The notes below the pieces were generated by a model. The model was not told the DNA's origin. It saw only the letters and a program-made list of their open reading frames with translations, and made no database searches. Of a stretch of DNA of 64,000 nt, positions 49,827-62,960 are shown piece by piece (within the stretch, counting starts at the first letter, position 1; each line of letters begins with the position of its first letter). Where the stretch lies: NCBI GenBank assembly GCA_964016885.1, contig OZ024741.1, positions 118,296,001 to 118,360,000 on the forward strand, written 5' to 3'. This DNA comes from Eledone cirrhosa (taxonomy: Eukaryota). The position numbers and the translations under genes were made by a program.

Positions 49827-50145
49827 TGTGGTTAGAAAAAGCTATCTCACTTACCGCTTTTCATAGGCGCCGCTAACTCCACTGCTGGTTACTCCTCGTC
49901 CGCCTGCGTCCAACTGCTTAACACCGGGAGCTGCACAAACTGGCGTTCACACCGTTGCTCGGCACTGCACAAACTCGCGTTCACACCGTTGCTAGGCACT
50001 GCACAAACTGGCGTTCACACCATTGCTAGGCACCACTAGAGAGCGCCCTCTGCTGGCCCTTCCGGTCGAGCGTCCTTCCGGCCAAGCACCCTTCTGGTTG
50101 AGCACTCCCCCGCCTCCGGCCATCGCACCCCACACCATACCCACA
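49827..50145 (-). repeat. 5' LTR (319 bp) containing 3 x 34-bp tandem units
   Basis: Direct repeat of 45808-46126; unit CTGCACAAACTGGCGTTCACACCGTTGCTAGGCA. Confidence 0.93.
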
Positions 50146-50456
50146 CTATATTGATATACAGTGTTTCTTAAGGCATTTTTAAATCTGACAGAGCCCATCC
50201 CCTCTCAAGGCCTAAGTACAGCAGATTTCTTTCAGATAGATTAGAGAGTGAAAGAAAGGAAGTGAGAAAGAGATACAGACAAGTACTATTTTTATTGATT
50301 ACTAAAGGATGAAAGGCAAAGTTGACCATGGCAGGATTTGAACTGAGAGTGCAGAGAGCCAGAACAAATACTGCAAAGTATGCTGTCTAATGACTCTGCC
50401 AATTCACTGCCAGATATCATGGCATCATAAACCACCTATGGATATAACTGATACCA

Positions 50457-50984
50457 CAGTAAGGTGGTAGTGCTGGTACAATGACTGTAAGGTGGTAGGT
50501 AGTGTTGGTACCATCACTGTTAGGTGGTAGTACTGGTACCATGACTGTAAGGTGGTAGTGCTGGTTCAATGACTGTAAGGTGGTAGGTAGTGTTGGTACC
50601 ATCACTGTTAGGTGGTAGTACTGGTACCATCACTGTAAGGTGGTAGTGCTGGTACAATGACTGTAAGGTGGTAGGTAGTGTTGGTACCATCACTGTTAGG
50701 TGGTAGTACTGGTACCATGACTGTAAGGTGGTAGTGCTGGTTCAATGACTGTAAGGTGGTAGGTAGTGTTGGTACCATCACTGTTAGGTGGTAGTATTGG
50801 TACCATGACTGTAAGGTGGTAGTGCTGGTACAATGACTGTAAGGTGGTAGGTAGTGTTGGTACCATCACTGTTAGGTGGTAGTACTGGTACCATGACTGT
50901 AAGGTGGTAGTGCTGGTACAATGACTGTAAGGTGGTAGGTAGTGTTGGTACCATCACTGTTAGGTGGTAGTACTGGTACCATGA
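50457..50984 (+). repeat. Minisatellite with an 88-bp higher-order unit (28+32+28), about 6 copies
   Basis: CTGTAAGGTGGTAGGTAG recurs at 50485, 50573 and onward; it grades into RTE-tail-like units at 50985-51350. Confidence 0.9.
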
Positions 50985-51556
50985 CAAAAAGCACCCAGTC
51001 CACTCTATAAGGTAGTAGTACTGATGTCACAATAAAAAGCATCCTGTCCATCCTGTAAGGTGGTAGTACTGGTACCATGATAAAAAGCATCCAGTCCACT
51101 CTGTAAAGTCGTAGTACCATGAAAAAAAGCACTGAGTTCACTCTTTAAGGGGGTAGTGTCAGTTATAAGAAAATGCTCCCAGTACATACTGGTAGAGTGG
51201 TTAGCATTTGAAAGCACATCCAGCCATAGAAACCAAGCCCCAAATTAAGCACATGAGCAAAACATAGTCGCCCAACTAGTTTCGCCTCAGTATGTGACAG
51301 CCTGTCTAACCCATGCTAACATGGAAAAATAGATGTTAAATGGTGATGTACAGTAAAATGCAGCCAGCCTGTACACTCTGAAAAGTGGTTAGTGTTAGGA
51401 AGGGCTTCCAGTTGTAGAAACCATGCTAGAAGATAGAAAATATGACAAAAAATGGACCTTGACAACCCACCCAGCCTGTCCAACCCATACCAGCATGGAA
51501 AACATGTAAAATAATGTTGAAATATATAAATGTTGGTTTTTGTTTAACTATTTCAG

Positions 51557-51731
51557 ACAATTGGCGTTGCAGCTAAATGCCGAAGATATCTATAGAACAC
51601 TGTCTGAAATATTAATGCAGGAAGATGATGCTTCGTTTGCAGGCATCATGGTACAAACATTAAACACAATTTTACTCACATCCACAGAACTCTTTGAATT
51701 AAGGAACCAACTCAAAGATCTAAAAACTCTG
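51557..51731 (+). CDS. VAC14: VAC14 exon: [58 protein letters not shown]
   Basis: TTTCAG acceptor; CTG|GTATAA donor; 175 nt; start of the conserved C-terminal FIG4-binding region. Confidence 0.95.
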
Positions 51732-53158
51732 GTATAATTAGTTTTTTGGCATATTTTCTTTGTTTTATTTTTATTTTTTATTAAATCTTTTTTTTTAATA
51801 TTAAATTCTAGTTTTACCTTTTCTGACTCTATGACCCCCCCCCCCCCCCTAGTGCTGGTGCCATGATAAAATGCCCCAGTGCATTCTGTATGTGGGCTGC
51901 TTCCTCCAGTTGTCTAAGAGGTCTGTGGCATCAATGAGGTACTAACTTGGTTGATGCAACCCATCCAATCCTTGCTAGCTGAGAAAACATTAAATGTTGA
52001 TGATTTCTGTAGAAATACATTGTCCATATGTTTCAATTGCTTTTGACAATAATCAAGAATTTGGAAGAGATTTATTAAAATTAATAACTTTTTCACTTTG
52101 CATGTTATGAGACTCTTCAGCTAATCTCCCTAATGCTGGTGATTTACACGATAAATGCGCACCCAATACACACTGTAAGGTGGTTGGTGATAGGAAAGGC
52201 ATCCAGCTGTAGAAACCTTACCAAACAAATGGTTGGTATGATTTTTCAGCTGTGCCAGGAACATTACAACTTCCTTAGTGCTGGTATCACAATAAAAGGC
52301 ACATGGTAGTGGAATTGTGAGTGAATCGTAGGCTTTCGACCCATCTGAGCATTTGGTAGGGTGCAGGAACTTATATAAGCGAGATGCAGGCTTTGAGTAC
52401 CAACCTATCTACTCACAAGCTGTCTAATCATTACTAGTAGGGAAAGGGGATGTTAAATGATGATGATGACGAGGAGGAGGAGGAGGCGGACTGACCATTG
52501 GCACAAGTCAAAAAGTCACTACATAAATTTCAGTTGGTTTGACTACCATATTTCTTTGTGTGTTATACAACTTTAATATAATACCCTGTTTTAGGAGCTG
52601 AAAAAAGATGGAAATAAATTATAACCCTGTGTATATTACAGCTGTGGAGGGCAGCTATGTCTATGTATATTCTTTTGTAAATTTGTACCATATTAGCCAT
52701 CAAAATCTCAATCTCACCCCCACATTTCACTACAATATTCAGTTTCTCATGACACTACACAATACTTTTGATTTTTCATTATTATTAAAGAACATAAAAC
52801 AACAGGATGTTCAATTACTCTATAAGCTGGCAGCCTCCAGCTTATCTGAGAGATCAGTGGCTCTGATTAAGTACTAATTTGGGCTGTGATGACTGTCAGT
52901 CCTTTTGTTAGCAGGGAAAATGCATGTTAAATGATGGTGATCCCCAGCCTATCTGAGAATTCAGTGGCTCTGATTAAGAATTGGCATTGATTGTGATGAT
53001 TCTCCATCTTTTGTTAGCAGAGAAAATATGCATTAAAGGATGATGGTGGTGGTTGTGATGAGGAAGCTTCACTGAGATAATGATATGATAGTTTCTAATC
53101 TATGAGAATAATCTTATTTTATTCTATTAATATTTTTCTTTTGTTTTTTTTTTTTCAG

Positions 53159-53277
53159 GAGAGCTGTTCTCTTTTCACTTGCCTCTATAAATCCTGGTGT
53201 CATGGTCCTGTAGCCACAGTGTCACTCTGTTATCTCACACAGAACTATGAGCATGCTTGTGATCTTCTAGAAACATT
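53159..53277 (+). CDS. VAC14: VAC14 exon: [39 protein letters not shown]
   Basis: Long poly-T plus CAG acceptor; ends at a U12-type donor GTATCCTTTC (53278); 119 nt. Confidence 0.94.
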
Positions 53278-53287
53278 GTATCCTTTC
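53278..53287 (+). promoter_or_regulatory. U12-type 5' splice site of an intron that apparently runs past the window end
   Basis: GTATCCTTTC exactly where VAC14 similarity stops; no next exon found before 64000. Confidence 0.88.
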
Positions 53288-53941
53288 TATCAAAGTTACA
53301 GTATTTGTTTGTATAGTCTTTACTTTCATATCATATTGTAACAGTAACAACACTGGTGAGTACTAACCCCCCCCCCCCACACACACACACACTTCCATGT
53401 CCTTATCTCTATGAAAATGAAAAAATAAAAGTCAGGATCTAGAGGACCCTTCAGTCATGCCATGGTACAGCAACCTCTCTAGTGTTGGGGATTGATACAA
53501 TAAACACACTCAGTACACACTGTAAAGTGGTTGACAATAGGAAGGACATCCAGCCATAGAAAGCTTGCCAAACAAAGAGTTGGGAGGATCCTTCACTTGT
53601 GTCAAAGATGTGACAACCTCTCCTGTGGACTTGGTAGAACTTGAGACTGTACATAAGTAAGATAACAGACCCTAGCCTGCCTGAGAAGTTAGTAGTCCCA
53701 ATTCAGTTCTGACTTGGTCTATGTAGACCCGTCCAACCCTTTCTAGCAGGGAAAGAGGATGTTAAAACAATCATGATGATCTTATTGTAACAATGAATAA
53801 TCTTGTTTCTAGGTGGTGAAATAGAATGATTTGAGGAATTCATTTTGGTATTTCTGCACCCCGAGTTCACATCCCGTTGAGGTCAACTTTGTCTTCGAAT
53901 TTTGCAAGATTGATAAAAAAGAACCAGTCCAGTACCAGGGT

Positions 53942-53975
<34 letters not shown>

Positions 53976-54159
53976 CCTCCTCTATGTCTCATTCTCATTT
54001 CCTCTCTCTTTCACTCTGTCTCACCTTCTCTGGAAAACAATTTGCTATGTTCAGACCTGGAAAGGGATGAGTTCTATCAGGTTTTAAAAATGCTCAACAC
54101 ACCATATGTTACTATGGCGTTCTTATGATTCCACTAGGAGTTACAAATCCATATATACA

Positions 54160-55157
54160 TCTCTATATATAAAACAGAGGGTGTCTGTCTGTGTAAATCC
54201 CTAAAACTCGAGAAGTACCTGACCGATTTTTTTCAAACTTTACACATGCGTTACTTATATTTCTTGAAGTGCAATGGGCTAAAAAAATAAAACTTTTTCT
54301 GCCCTAGGGCCTGCATTAGGCGAAAAATTGCATTTTTTTTAGGCACTTTTAGGCTTTTTTTGAGGCGTAACTTAAAGATAATCCAGCCGATTTCCTCAAA
54401 ATTTGCAGCACACATTAGTTAGTCCCCTCGCATTGCAGTGAACAAAAGAAATTTCCGATTCCACTAATGGTTTCTAGGAAATTTACGAATTAGCATTGAG
54501 CATTACATGCCATTTTCATTTTCAATATAAACGCTACTGAAACATCATAAGTAGTGTATAATATTTCGTTAAAAATTTGGTTTATTTAACAGAGGACACA
54601 ACACTTACTTACTTTTAAGTAGGACCATTTTCGGGGGATTGAGGAAATGAGGAGGATCTTAAAATTTTTGTTGGCGCCCTGTTGACGCTTCGTGCTTTTA
54701 TCACATGCAAATCCGGCCCTGTGTACGTTGCCGTGTTATTGACACCATAAAAGTCACATCTGTGCTACTTCTACTAAGACCCCTTTTGTTGCACTTACAC
54801 CGCAGTATGAATACCCTGCGCAAGTACGCTGAACAGCGGTTGTGCTAATTCTGCAGTGATCCCTTTTGTCGCACCTTTGTTGTTGTGTAAACGCAGTGCA
54901 ACCAGTGCTGCCCAGCGTTTGTGCTAATTGCACTATGACCCCCTTCTGCTGCAGCTGCGATGCCACGCTGATTTCGTCATCTCAATATCCCTATGTACAT
55001 CCCTACTTGGATTTCACACAATTGACTATGTCGCTCCTCAATCATTCCCTGAGAATAAAGGAATTCAAAAAGTACACAGCAACATTCCTCAATCTTTGCA
55101 TGTGTGTGTTGCTATTTGACATTTCCTACCCTGTGCAACGCCGGGTCCTGCTGCTAG
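54160..55157 (+). mobile_element. Non-autonomous Helitron
   Basis: A|TCTCTATATATAAAA 5' end; 3' end CCCTGTGCAACGCCGGGT..CTGCTAG|T (subterminal hairpin plus CTAG); sits between A and T with no TSD. Confidence 0.8.
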
Positions 55158-55431
55158 TATATTATAATTTCTACATAGCCACATTTGCTTAGTTTTTCAT
55201 AGCTTTTATTAATAGTAGCATATACAATTATGTCCCTTGTGTAATACTTCCACGATGGTTAATATGAATACTTTGTTGCACACACACATATTGCAAACAG
55301 CAGTGTATCAGGAGCACTAACACAATCACACATATACTTTTAAATGCATGCGTGCACGCACACACACACACACATATACACTTTGTATCTCTCCACTTTT
55401 CCCTTTATATATATATATATATATATATCTC

Positions 55432-57832
55432 TTAAGGCCAAAAAGCAGGCTTGGAAAGTATGGCGGGATGGGGGAAGTAGAGTAGACTATCAAGTGGCCA
55501 GGAGGGAAGCTAGGAGAGAAGTGTACTTAGCAAGAAGGGAAGCTGAGGAAAGAAAGTTCAAGCATGTTCTACAACGCGATGACCAAAAACGTGAGGTGTT
55601 CAGGATTGCCAGGCAATGCGTCAAGGAAAACCGTGATATTGTCGGGGAGAAGTGTGTACTTAACGATGATGGCATACTTGCCATCACCGACACTGATAAG
55701 AAGGTAGCTTGGAAGTGTCACTATGAAAGGCTACTAAATGAGGAGAATAAATGGGAGAAAGACAGTCTCCCCCATATCGACCCGATAGAGGGACCAGCAG
55801 TGTTAGTCGAGGGGAGTATAATAAGTAAGGCAATCAAGGATATGAAGACTGGTAAGGCGGCTGGGCCTTCGGAAATAGTTGCTGAGATGCTGAAGGCATC
55901 TGGCACGGTGGGACACACCATGGTCACCCGCATAGTTAACCAAGTCGTACAGAATGGGGTTGTTCCGAAGGACTGGCATAGCAGCATCATCGTTAACTGT
56001 TATAAGGGTAAAGGAGACGCCCTAGATAGGAGTAACTATAGAGGCATTAAATTAATCGACCAGGTCATGAAGGTCACGGAAAAAGTAATAGCGCAACTAA
56101 TCAGAGAGAGAATTGATCTAGATGAAATGCAGTTCGGGTTTGTGTCAGGCAAAAGCACCACAGACGCTCTTTTCATAGTACGACAACTACAGGAGAAGTA
56201 CCTAGCTAAAGGTAAACCCCTCTACTTAGCTTTTGTCGACCTGGAGAAAGCCTTCGACAGAGTCCCCCGCTCCATTATCTGGTGGGCTCTTAGAAAACTA
56301 GGCGTTGACGAATGGCTTGTGAGGGCTATACAAGCCATGTATAAAGAAACAGTCAGCAAGGTTAGAATTAACAACGAATATAGTGAAGAGTTTAGCGTAA
56401 AAGTTGGCGTCCATCAGGGCTCTGTTCTCAGCCCCCTACTATTTATTATTGCCCTTCAGGCTATAACAGGAGTTCAAGACAGGCTGCCCATGGGAACTCC
56501 TATACACAGACGACCTGACACTCATAGCGGAATCAATGGCCGAGCTAGAGAAGAAATTCCAAACATGGAAGCACGGCCTAGAGTCAAAAGGACTTAAAAT
56601 TAACCTGGCTAAGACCAAAGTTCTAGTTTGTAGGAAAGAAAACAAGGCGGCGGTCCCTTCTGGGAAATGGTCGTGCTCGGTATGTAGGAAAGGCGTAGGT
56701 AGAAACTCCATCTTATGTCCTAAATGCAAAGTATGGGTGCATAAAAGATGTAGTGGGATCACAGGTAAGCTAACTAAGAACATAGACTTTACATGTGGCC
56801 GGTGTTCTGGTGCAATAAGTAGCAGCAAGTGCCCACAAAATACTAGCTCTTTCAATTGCGCAGAGGGTTCTATAGAAATAGTGGACAGCTTCCGTTACCT
56901 GGGCGATAAAATCAGCAGTGGGGGAGGGTGCTCTGAAAGTACTGTAGCTAGAGTCAGAACTGGTTGGAAAAAGTTCAGAGAGCTTATACCACTATTAGCT
57001 GCTAAAGGGTTCTCCCTAAAAATGAAAGGCAGGTTGTACGATGCCTGCATACGAACAGCAATGTTGCATGGTAGTGAGACCTGGGCATTGTGTGCAGAGG
57101 ATATACGCAGACTAGAGAGGAACGAAGCTTGCATGCTCCGCTGGATGTGTAACAGTAATATACGTGAACGGCAAAGCATAAACGAACTAAGGAAAAAATT
57201 AGAGATAAGAGGGATCAGATGTTGTTTACTCGAGAGAAGGCTGCGTTGGTATGGACACGTGATGCGCATGAAAGTCGATAGCTGTATTACAAAGTGCAGG
57301 GCAATAAAGATAGACGGTAGCCACGGAATAGGCAGACCTAGAAAAACATGGGATGAGCTGATAAACTCCGACCTCACACACTTACACCTCTCCAAGACAA
57401 TGTCACTGGACCGTGACCTTTGGCGGTACTCAGTAACAGAGAAGACCCGCCTTGCCAGTAGGCATCTCTAACAAAATACACCCCGTCCCGCCACCACCCC
57501 CACCCCATCCACACCACCCCGTTCTATGTAAAGTTATGTTGGTGCCGCGCCATCCAGGCCGAAACAAATGAGATCGTGTAGGTGTCACGACAAAAAACAC
57601 ACAGTCCACGCTGTAATGTGGCCGTGTAGGCAACACGGTAAAAACCTCCCAGACCCACACTGTAAATGTGGTTGGTGTTAGGAAGGGCATCCAACTGTAG
57701 AAAACCTGCCAGACAGTCCTATGCGAGCAAGACAATCACTCTTGCCTCAAGTGGGACTACCCCCGTCCAAACCCATGCAAGCGTGGAACACGGACGTTAA
57801 ACGTTGATGATGATGATGATGATGATGATGAT
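55432..57832 (+). mobile_element. RTE LINE subfamily A, 5'-truncated copy A5
   Basis: ORFs 55344-56597 and 56536-57471; same 2-nt deletion as A4 near 56469; (GAT)n tail. Confidence 0.94.
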
Positions 57833-58039
57833 ATGAAGTAGGTTTGAATGATTCCATAAAACAGATAAAGGTAACAGTTGTCTCTGTTATTATACAGAGA
57901 TGGAATATTATAGTAATCTACACAGAATAGTTGACTGAATGAAGGCCTCACATGCAGAGTGCATACACCTAAACTAAGCCAAATGTGGGATTGGAAACCA
58001 ATGGTAGCAATGAAACTGTTAAATATTACTATCTATCTA

Positions 58040-58140
<101 letters not shown>

Positions 58141-58444
58141 GAGAAAGGTAAACAGAAATAACAAAAGAAATGGCACAATGCATGGAAGTTTGTTTAATAC
58201 TTAAAATAACAGGAAGTTAGTCTTAATGACAATTCTATTTTCTGAATTTCCTGAAGAGATACATAGTTTATCTTAGTGAGACTGCTTTCATCTATAAAGA
58301 CACTTATCTATTTATTTTTAAATTATAAGAATATGAGCAAAATATCGAAGACGAAAAAATAAACTTAATTTGTTGCCAGCAGGTAGATAAAAAGAAAAAA
58401 GATTTAAAACAAACAAGATTTTTAAAAACTGAAAACACAAATAT

Positions 58445-59120
58445 GCAGTGCCACATCTTTTCAATTTCTATCTTTAAGTCTTTGCATTTGCTGAGGTTAT
58501 TATTATTCGGTAGAGGGTAGAACACCATGCTTTGCAACAGAGAGTTGCGGCCCTTTATGGTCTGAGTTCAAATCCCGCCGAGGTTAACTTTGCCTTTAAT
58601 CCTTACGGGGTCGATAAAATAAAGTACCAGTAATGCACTGTGTAATTGCTGGCCTTGTGCCGAAAGTAGAAACAAGTAGAAACAATTAAAATTAAAAACA
58701 ATTATTATCATCATCATCATCTTCGTTTAACGTCCACTTTCCACGCACGTTATCACTGCATTACCAAGCGCAGCTCTGTGTGTCTTGAGTATGTGCAGTG
58801 TGGTTTTTGGTGGTGTTGGTGTTTGTTCTATTGTATTGAGAGTACTCTTCGTAATATGTGTGCAGTGCCTAGTAGTGCTATTTTTTTGTATGTTGTATAT
58901 ATTTGTGAGTCCTCGAGTTTTGGTTATGTATCAGTCTGCGTGCTTTTTTATCATTCCCAGAGCACCTATAAACACAGGTATTATTTCTATCTCTAGATCT
59001 TATTTTGGATAGTTTCTCCATTTCCTTGGAAGATATATTGTCGTCTGTGGGGATTGATACATCTATTAGAAGACATTTGTTTTCTTTGTGGTATTTGACT
59101 ATAATATCTGCTTGATTATT
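58445..59120 (-). mobile_element. R4/Dong-like RLE LINE 3' fragments, interrupted by a SINE
   Basis: Minus-strand peptides DIIVK..NKCLLIDVSIPTDDN..KEMEKL, LSKCKDLKIEIEKMW, IIPVFIGALGMI, IQKIALLGTAHILRRVL. Confidence 0.7.
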
Positions 59121-59998
59121 ATTAATATTTGGTCAGCCTTTTTTTAGAAAATCCCTATTATTATTATTATTATTAAAAGAAAGTACCAGTAACAAACTGG
59201 GATTGATTTAATCGACTTTCCCTTGCCCCAAAATTGCTGACCTTGTGCCTATAGTAGAAATCATTATTATTTATGGATTCTGATTAGTGTTAAACAGAAT
59301 GTCACATGGTATTTGTTCCTGGCTCTTTATGTTCCCAGTTCAAATCCTGTTGAGGTCATCTTTAACTTTCATCCATTTGAGGTTGATTAAATAGAATACC
59401 AGCCATATACTGAGCTTGGTATAATTGATTTCCTCCTTCCCTGCCAAAATTGCTGGCATTGTACCTTAATTAGGAACCATTATTATTAGTGGATTGGCAG
59501 TATTGGTAGAAGGTCGAATGCCATGCTTTGCAGCAAAGAGTTACGGCCCTTTATGGTCTGAGTTCAAATCCCGCCGGGGTTAACTTTGCCTTTCATCCTT
59601 ACCGGGTCGATAAAATAAAATACCAGTAATACACTGAGTAATTGCTGGCCTTGTGCCAAAAGTAGAAACAATTATTATTGGGATTGGCAGCATCAGTAGA
59701 GCATTGGATACCATGCTTCGAGGCAAAGAGTTACGGCCCTTTACGTTCTGAGTTCAAATCTCTCTGAGGTTAGCTTTGCCTTTCATCTTCACGGGTTCGG
59801 GGGTTCGGTAAAATAAAGTACTAGTGAATACTGGGGTCGATTTAATCGACTTTACCCCCCCCCCTTTTAAATTACTGGCCTTGTGCTTAAAGTAGAAACA
59901 ATTATTATTGGTGGATTAGCAGACTTGATCAAGATCCCACTGTGTCTTTGTGTGCATGTGTGTTTGCATGGACATGGGCACCAGTTGCCAGGAAATGA

Positions 59999-60249
59999 CA
60001 TCATCATCATCATCATCGTTCAACGTCCATCTTCCACGCTTGCATGGGTTTGGACGGGAGTTTTCCCACTTGAGGCAAGAGTGGTTGTCTTGCTCGCATA
60101 GGACTGTCTGGCGGGTTTTCTGCAGCTGGATGCCCTTCCTAACACCAACCACATTTACAGTGTGGGACTGGGAGGTTTTTACCGTGTTGCCTACACGGCC
60201 ACATTACAGCGTGGATTGTGTTTTTTTTTGTCGTGACACCTACACGATC
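59999..60249 (-). mobile_element. RTE subfamily A, 3'-end-only copy A6
   Basis: Matches the A 3' UTR with (CAT)n. Confidence 0.88.
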
Positions 60250-60895
60250 AACACTTTATAAATGTCAGTGGTGACATTGTTTATGCTCCTCATAAAACAG
60301 TACAACCTACAGTGTAGAAGTTTAACCAATGTTAGTAGCATATATACCATACTTAAAATAAAGTATGAGTTGACATCAAGAAAGGCATCCAGCCATAGAA
60401 AATCTGCCTTAAAAAGACTTATTTTAACCCATGCAAGCATCGAAAAAGCAGACATGCAAAACGATGATGATGATAGTGTGGTATTTGAGAGAGAGATTTA
60501 GCTGTTATTTCTAGCAAGGTTAGTGACTGACTTCATTGAGGGGAAGCCGCCATTGTTGATTCTATCAGAATTACATTGAATTATATCAACAGGAAAAAAT
60601 GTAGACATAAAAAAGAAAAACAAAATAAGGTCCCAAAACCCCAAACACTTTCCTGAATAATGATGAGGTTTTAACTTAATAAACTAATTGAGTCAGCTGT
60701 AATCATATTAAAGTTAGGTGTTATAAATATGTAGCAAAACTTACTAGCAGACAGGATCTCTTAAACAGATGTGATAAGCTGGCAGTTGATGGTAACAGGA
60801 GATAAAGAAAAAAGATAGGAAGAACTTAGAAATGAAACCCTACCTATCTGACTTTGAAGAACTGAACTTATTAAATGGAAACTGTCAAAAGAGTA

Positions 60896-60897
<2 letters not shown>

Positions 60898-60993
<96 letters not shown>
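60898..60993. repeat. (AT)n(AG)n microsatellite
   Basis: Read directly from the sequence. Confidence 0.95.
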
Positions 60994-61269
60994 GTGGGTC
61001 TTGAGGAGATATAGAGATAGATGTTATTTCACTGACCTTTTATAACCTGCTTAAGAAATTGTTAAAAAGTGATATAATGTGTTATATATATATACACATC
61101 ATTTAATGGCCATTTTCCCTGCTAACAATATATATATATATATATATATATGATGATGACTTAAGTGGATATATATCAAATTAACATTTATTTTCGACAT
61201 GTGTTTCAATTGGAGCTGATAAAAATACAATTACTTTACAATTAACATTAAAAAAAATAACATTAAACA

Positions 61270-62960
61270 TAATTGCATTATAGATTCTATGTTCCAAATG
61301 CAAACTATGGGTACACAAGAGATGTAGTGGGAGCTCAGACAGGCTAGCAATGAGTTTAGGCTGTGTATGTGGTTGATGCACAGGAGCAGTAAGGAGCAAA
61401 AGCTCACAGGAAACAAGCTCCTTTAAATGTCCAGAAGGCTCCGTAGACTAGTCAATAGCTTCTATTAACTAGGGGTCCAAATTAGCAGTAGTGATGGTTG
61501 TTCTGAAAGTATAGTAGGGAGTGAGAACGGGATAGAAAAAAATTCAGGGAGCTACTACTGCTGTTTCCTGAACTAAAGGTTTCCTACAAAAGGTTTTTCC
61601 CTCGAAATGAAAGGTAGATTTTATGAATGAAGCTTATGTAATATGCATGAACAACAAAGCTTCAGTGAACTGATAGAGAAACTAGGCACAAGAGGGGTCA
61701 GTTGCAGTATACAAGAAAGGAGATTGCTGGGGTTTGCACATGTGATGTGTATGGAGGATGACATGTATAAAAAAGTGCAGAGCACTCAGTTGATGGTAAC
61801 TATAGAAGAGGAAGACTTCAGAAAATTTGGGATGAAATGATAAAAACCAACATTGCCCAATTAAACCTCACAAAGGAGATGATACAGGATCAAGATCTCT
61901 GGTGTCCTGCTATACTGCAGGACATCCACCCTCCCATGTGCACAAAATGAAATAAAACAAACATGCAGAGAACACACTAGGCTGCAGCAATCTTCTCTCC
62001 ACCCACTCCCCATCCACTCTCCCCAGTCTTCAGTCTTCATACCCCGCTCACACCTGCTAAATACCCCACGCATTATACACCTGCTAAATACCCCACGCAT
62101 TATACACCTGCTAAATATCCCATTCACCTAATTGATGTTGAACTTGCTTACCCAGCCCCGATGCACCTCACCTGCCCAACCTATGGAAGCTTGACCTGCT
62201 TGACATCTGATCTTCCTTGATGTTGTTGTCATGACAAAAAGCACAAAGTCCACCCTGTATGCTAATCTGGTGCCATAACAACAAAAGCACTCGGTTCATC
62301 CTGTAAGGTGGTTGTGTTGGTGTCGCACAAGAGAGGTAGTGGGATTGTAGGCTAACGGAAGATAGACTTTATATGTGGCAAATGCACATGGGGAAGTAAG
62401 CACAAAGAGCACACCTGAAATAGATTCCCTCAGCTGCCAGGGGAGGGGGTCTATAAAAGTTGTTAACAGCTTTCACTACCTAGACAATCAAGTTAGTAGT
62501 GGAGGAGGATGTGCTGAAAGTGTGATAGCTTGGATAAGAACAGGCTGGAAGAAGTTTAGAGATCTATTACTGATGTTAACAACAAAATGCTTTTCTCTCT
62601 GAGTGAAGGGTAGACTGTATGATGCCTGTGTGCAAACTGCATTGTTACATGGCAGCGAAACATCGTCCTTGACTGTGGAAGACGTGCAGAGGCTAGAAAG
62701 AAATGGGTCCAGTGTGCTTCGCTGGATGTGTAATGTTCGTGTACATGAGCGACATAGCTTAAAAAAAACTGAGGGAAAAACTTGGCATAAGAGGAATTGG
62801 ATGTAGCGTGCAAGAGAGAAGACTGCATTGGTATGGACATATAATGTGCATGGAAGATAGCAGCTGCATAAAGAAATGCAGAGAAACCCCAATGGCTGGG
62901 ACCTGTGGAAGAGGCTAACATGGGATGAGGTTGTGAAAATAGACATTAAACGATGATGTC
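61270..62960 (+). mobile_element. Two old, degraded RTE RT 3' fragments (about 61270-61950 and 62300-62960)
   Basis: CKLWVHKRCSG, RTGWKKFRDLL, KGRLYDACVQTALLHGSET with many stops. Confidence 0.8.

Larger units (their letters stand above)
45808..50145 (-). mobile_element. Complete LTR retrotransposon with Ty3/Gypsy domain order (PR-RT-RH-IN), 4.3 kb, decayed
   Basis: LTRs 45808-~46126 and 49827-50145 (TG...CA; about 11 differences counted by eye); 5-bp TSD CTATA at 45803-45807 and 50146-50150; poly-G PPT at about 46121-46135 on the minus strand. Confidence 0.95.
2769..53277 (+). other. VAC14: VAC14 gene, partial: 13 internal coding exons; first exon upstream and last exons downstream of the window
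   Basis: Exons bounded by AG/GT join with consistent phases into one frame (151+168+63+108+110+107+139+153+127+66+230+175+119 = 1716 nt). Peptides match recalled VAC14 motifs ([71 protein letters not shown]). Confidence 0.96.

Noticed and set aside
53800-53835. TTTCTAG|GTGGTGAAATAG as a candidate next VAC14 exon
   Set aside because: No U12 branch motif, early stop codons, and no match to the expected LEVTV..L.E.DKLVQL peptide.
54754-55192. Cys-rich ORFs inside the Helitron, possible captured gene
   Set aside because: No recognisable domain or splice structure; cannot be supported without a search.
55344-55431. Apparent N-terminal extension of the A5 ORF (similarly 28625-28675 and 5071-5250)
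   Set aside because: Chance read-through from flanking microsatellite or tail sequence into a truncated LINE.
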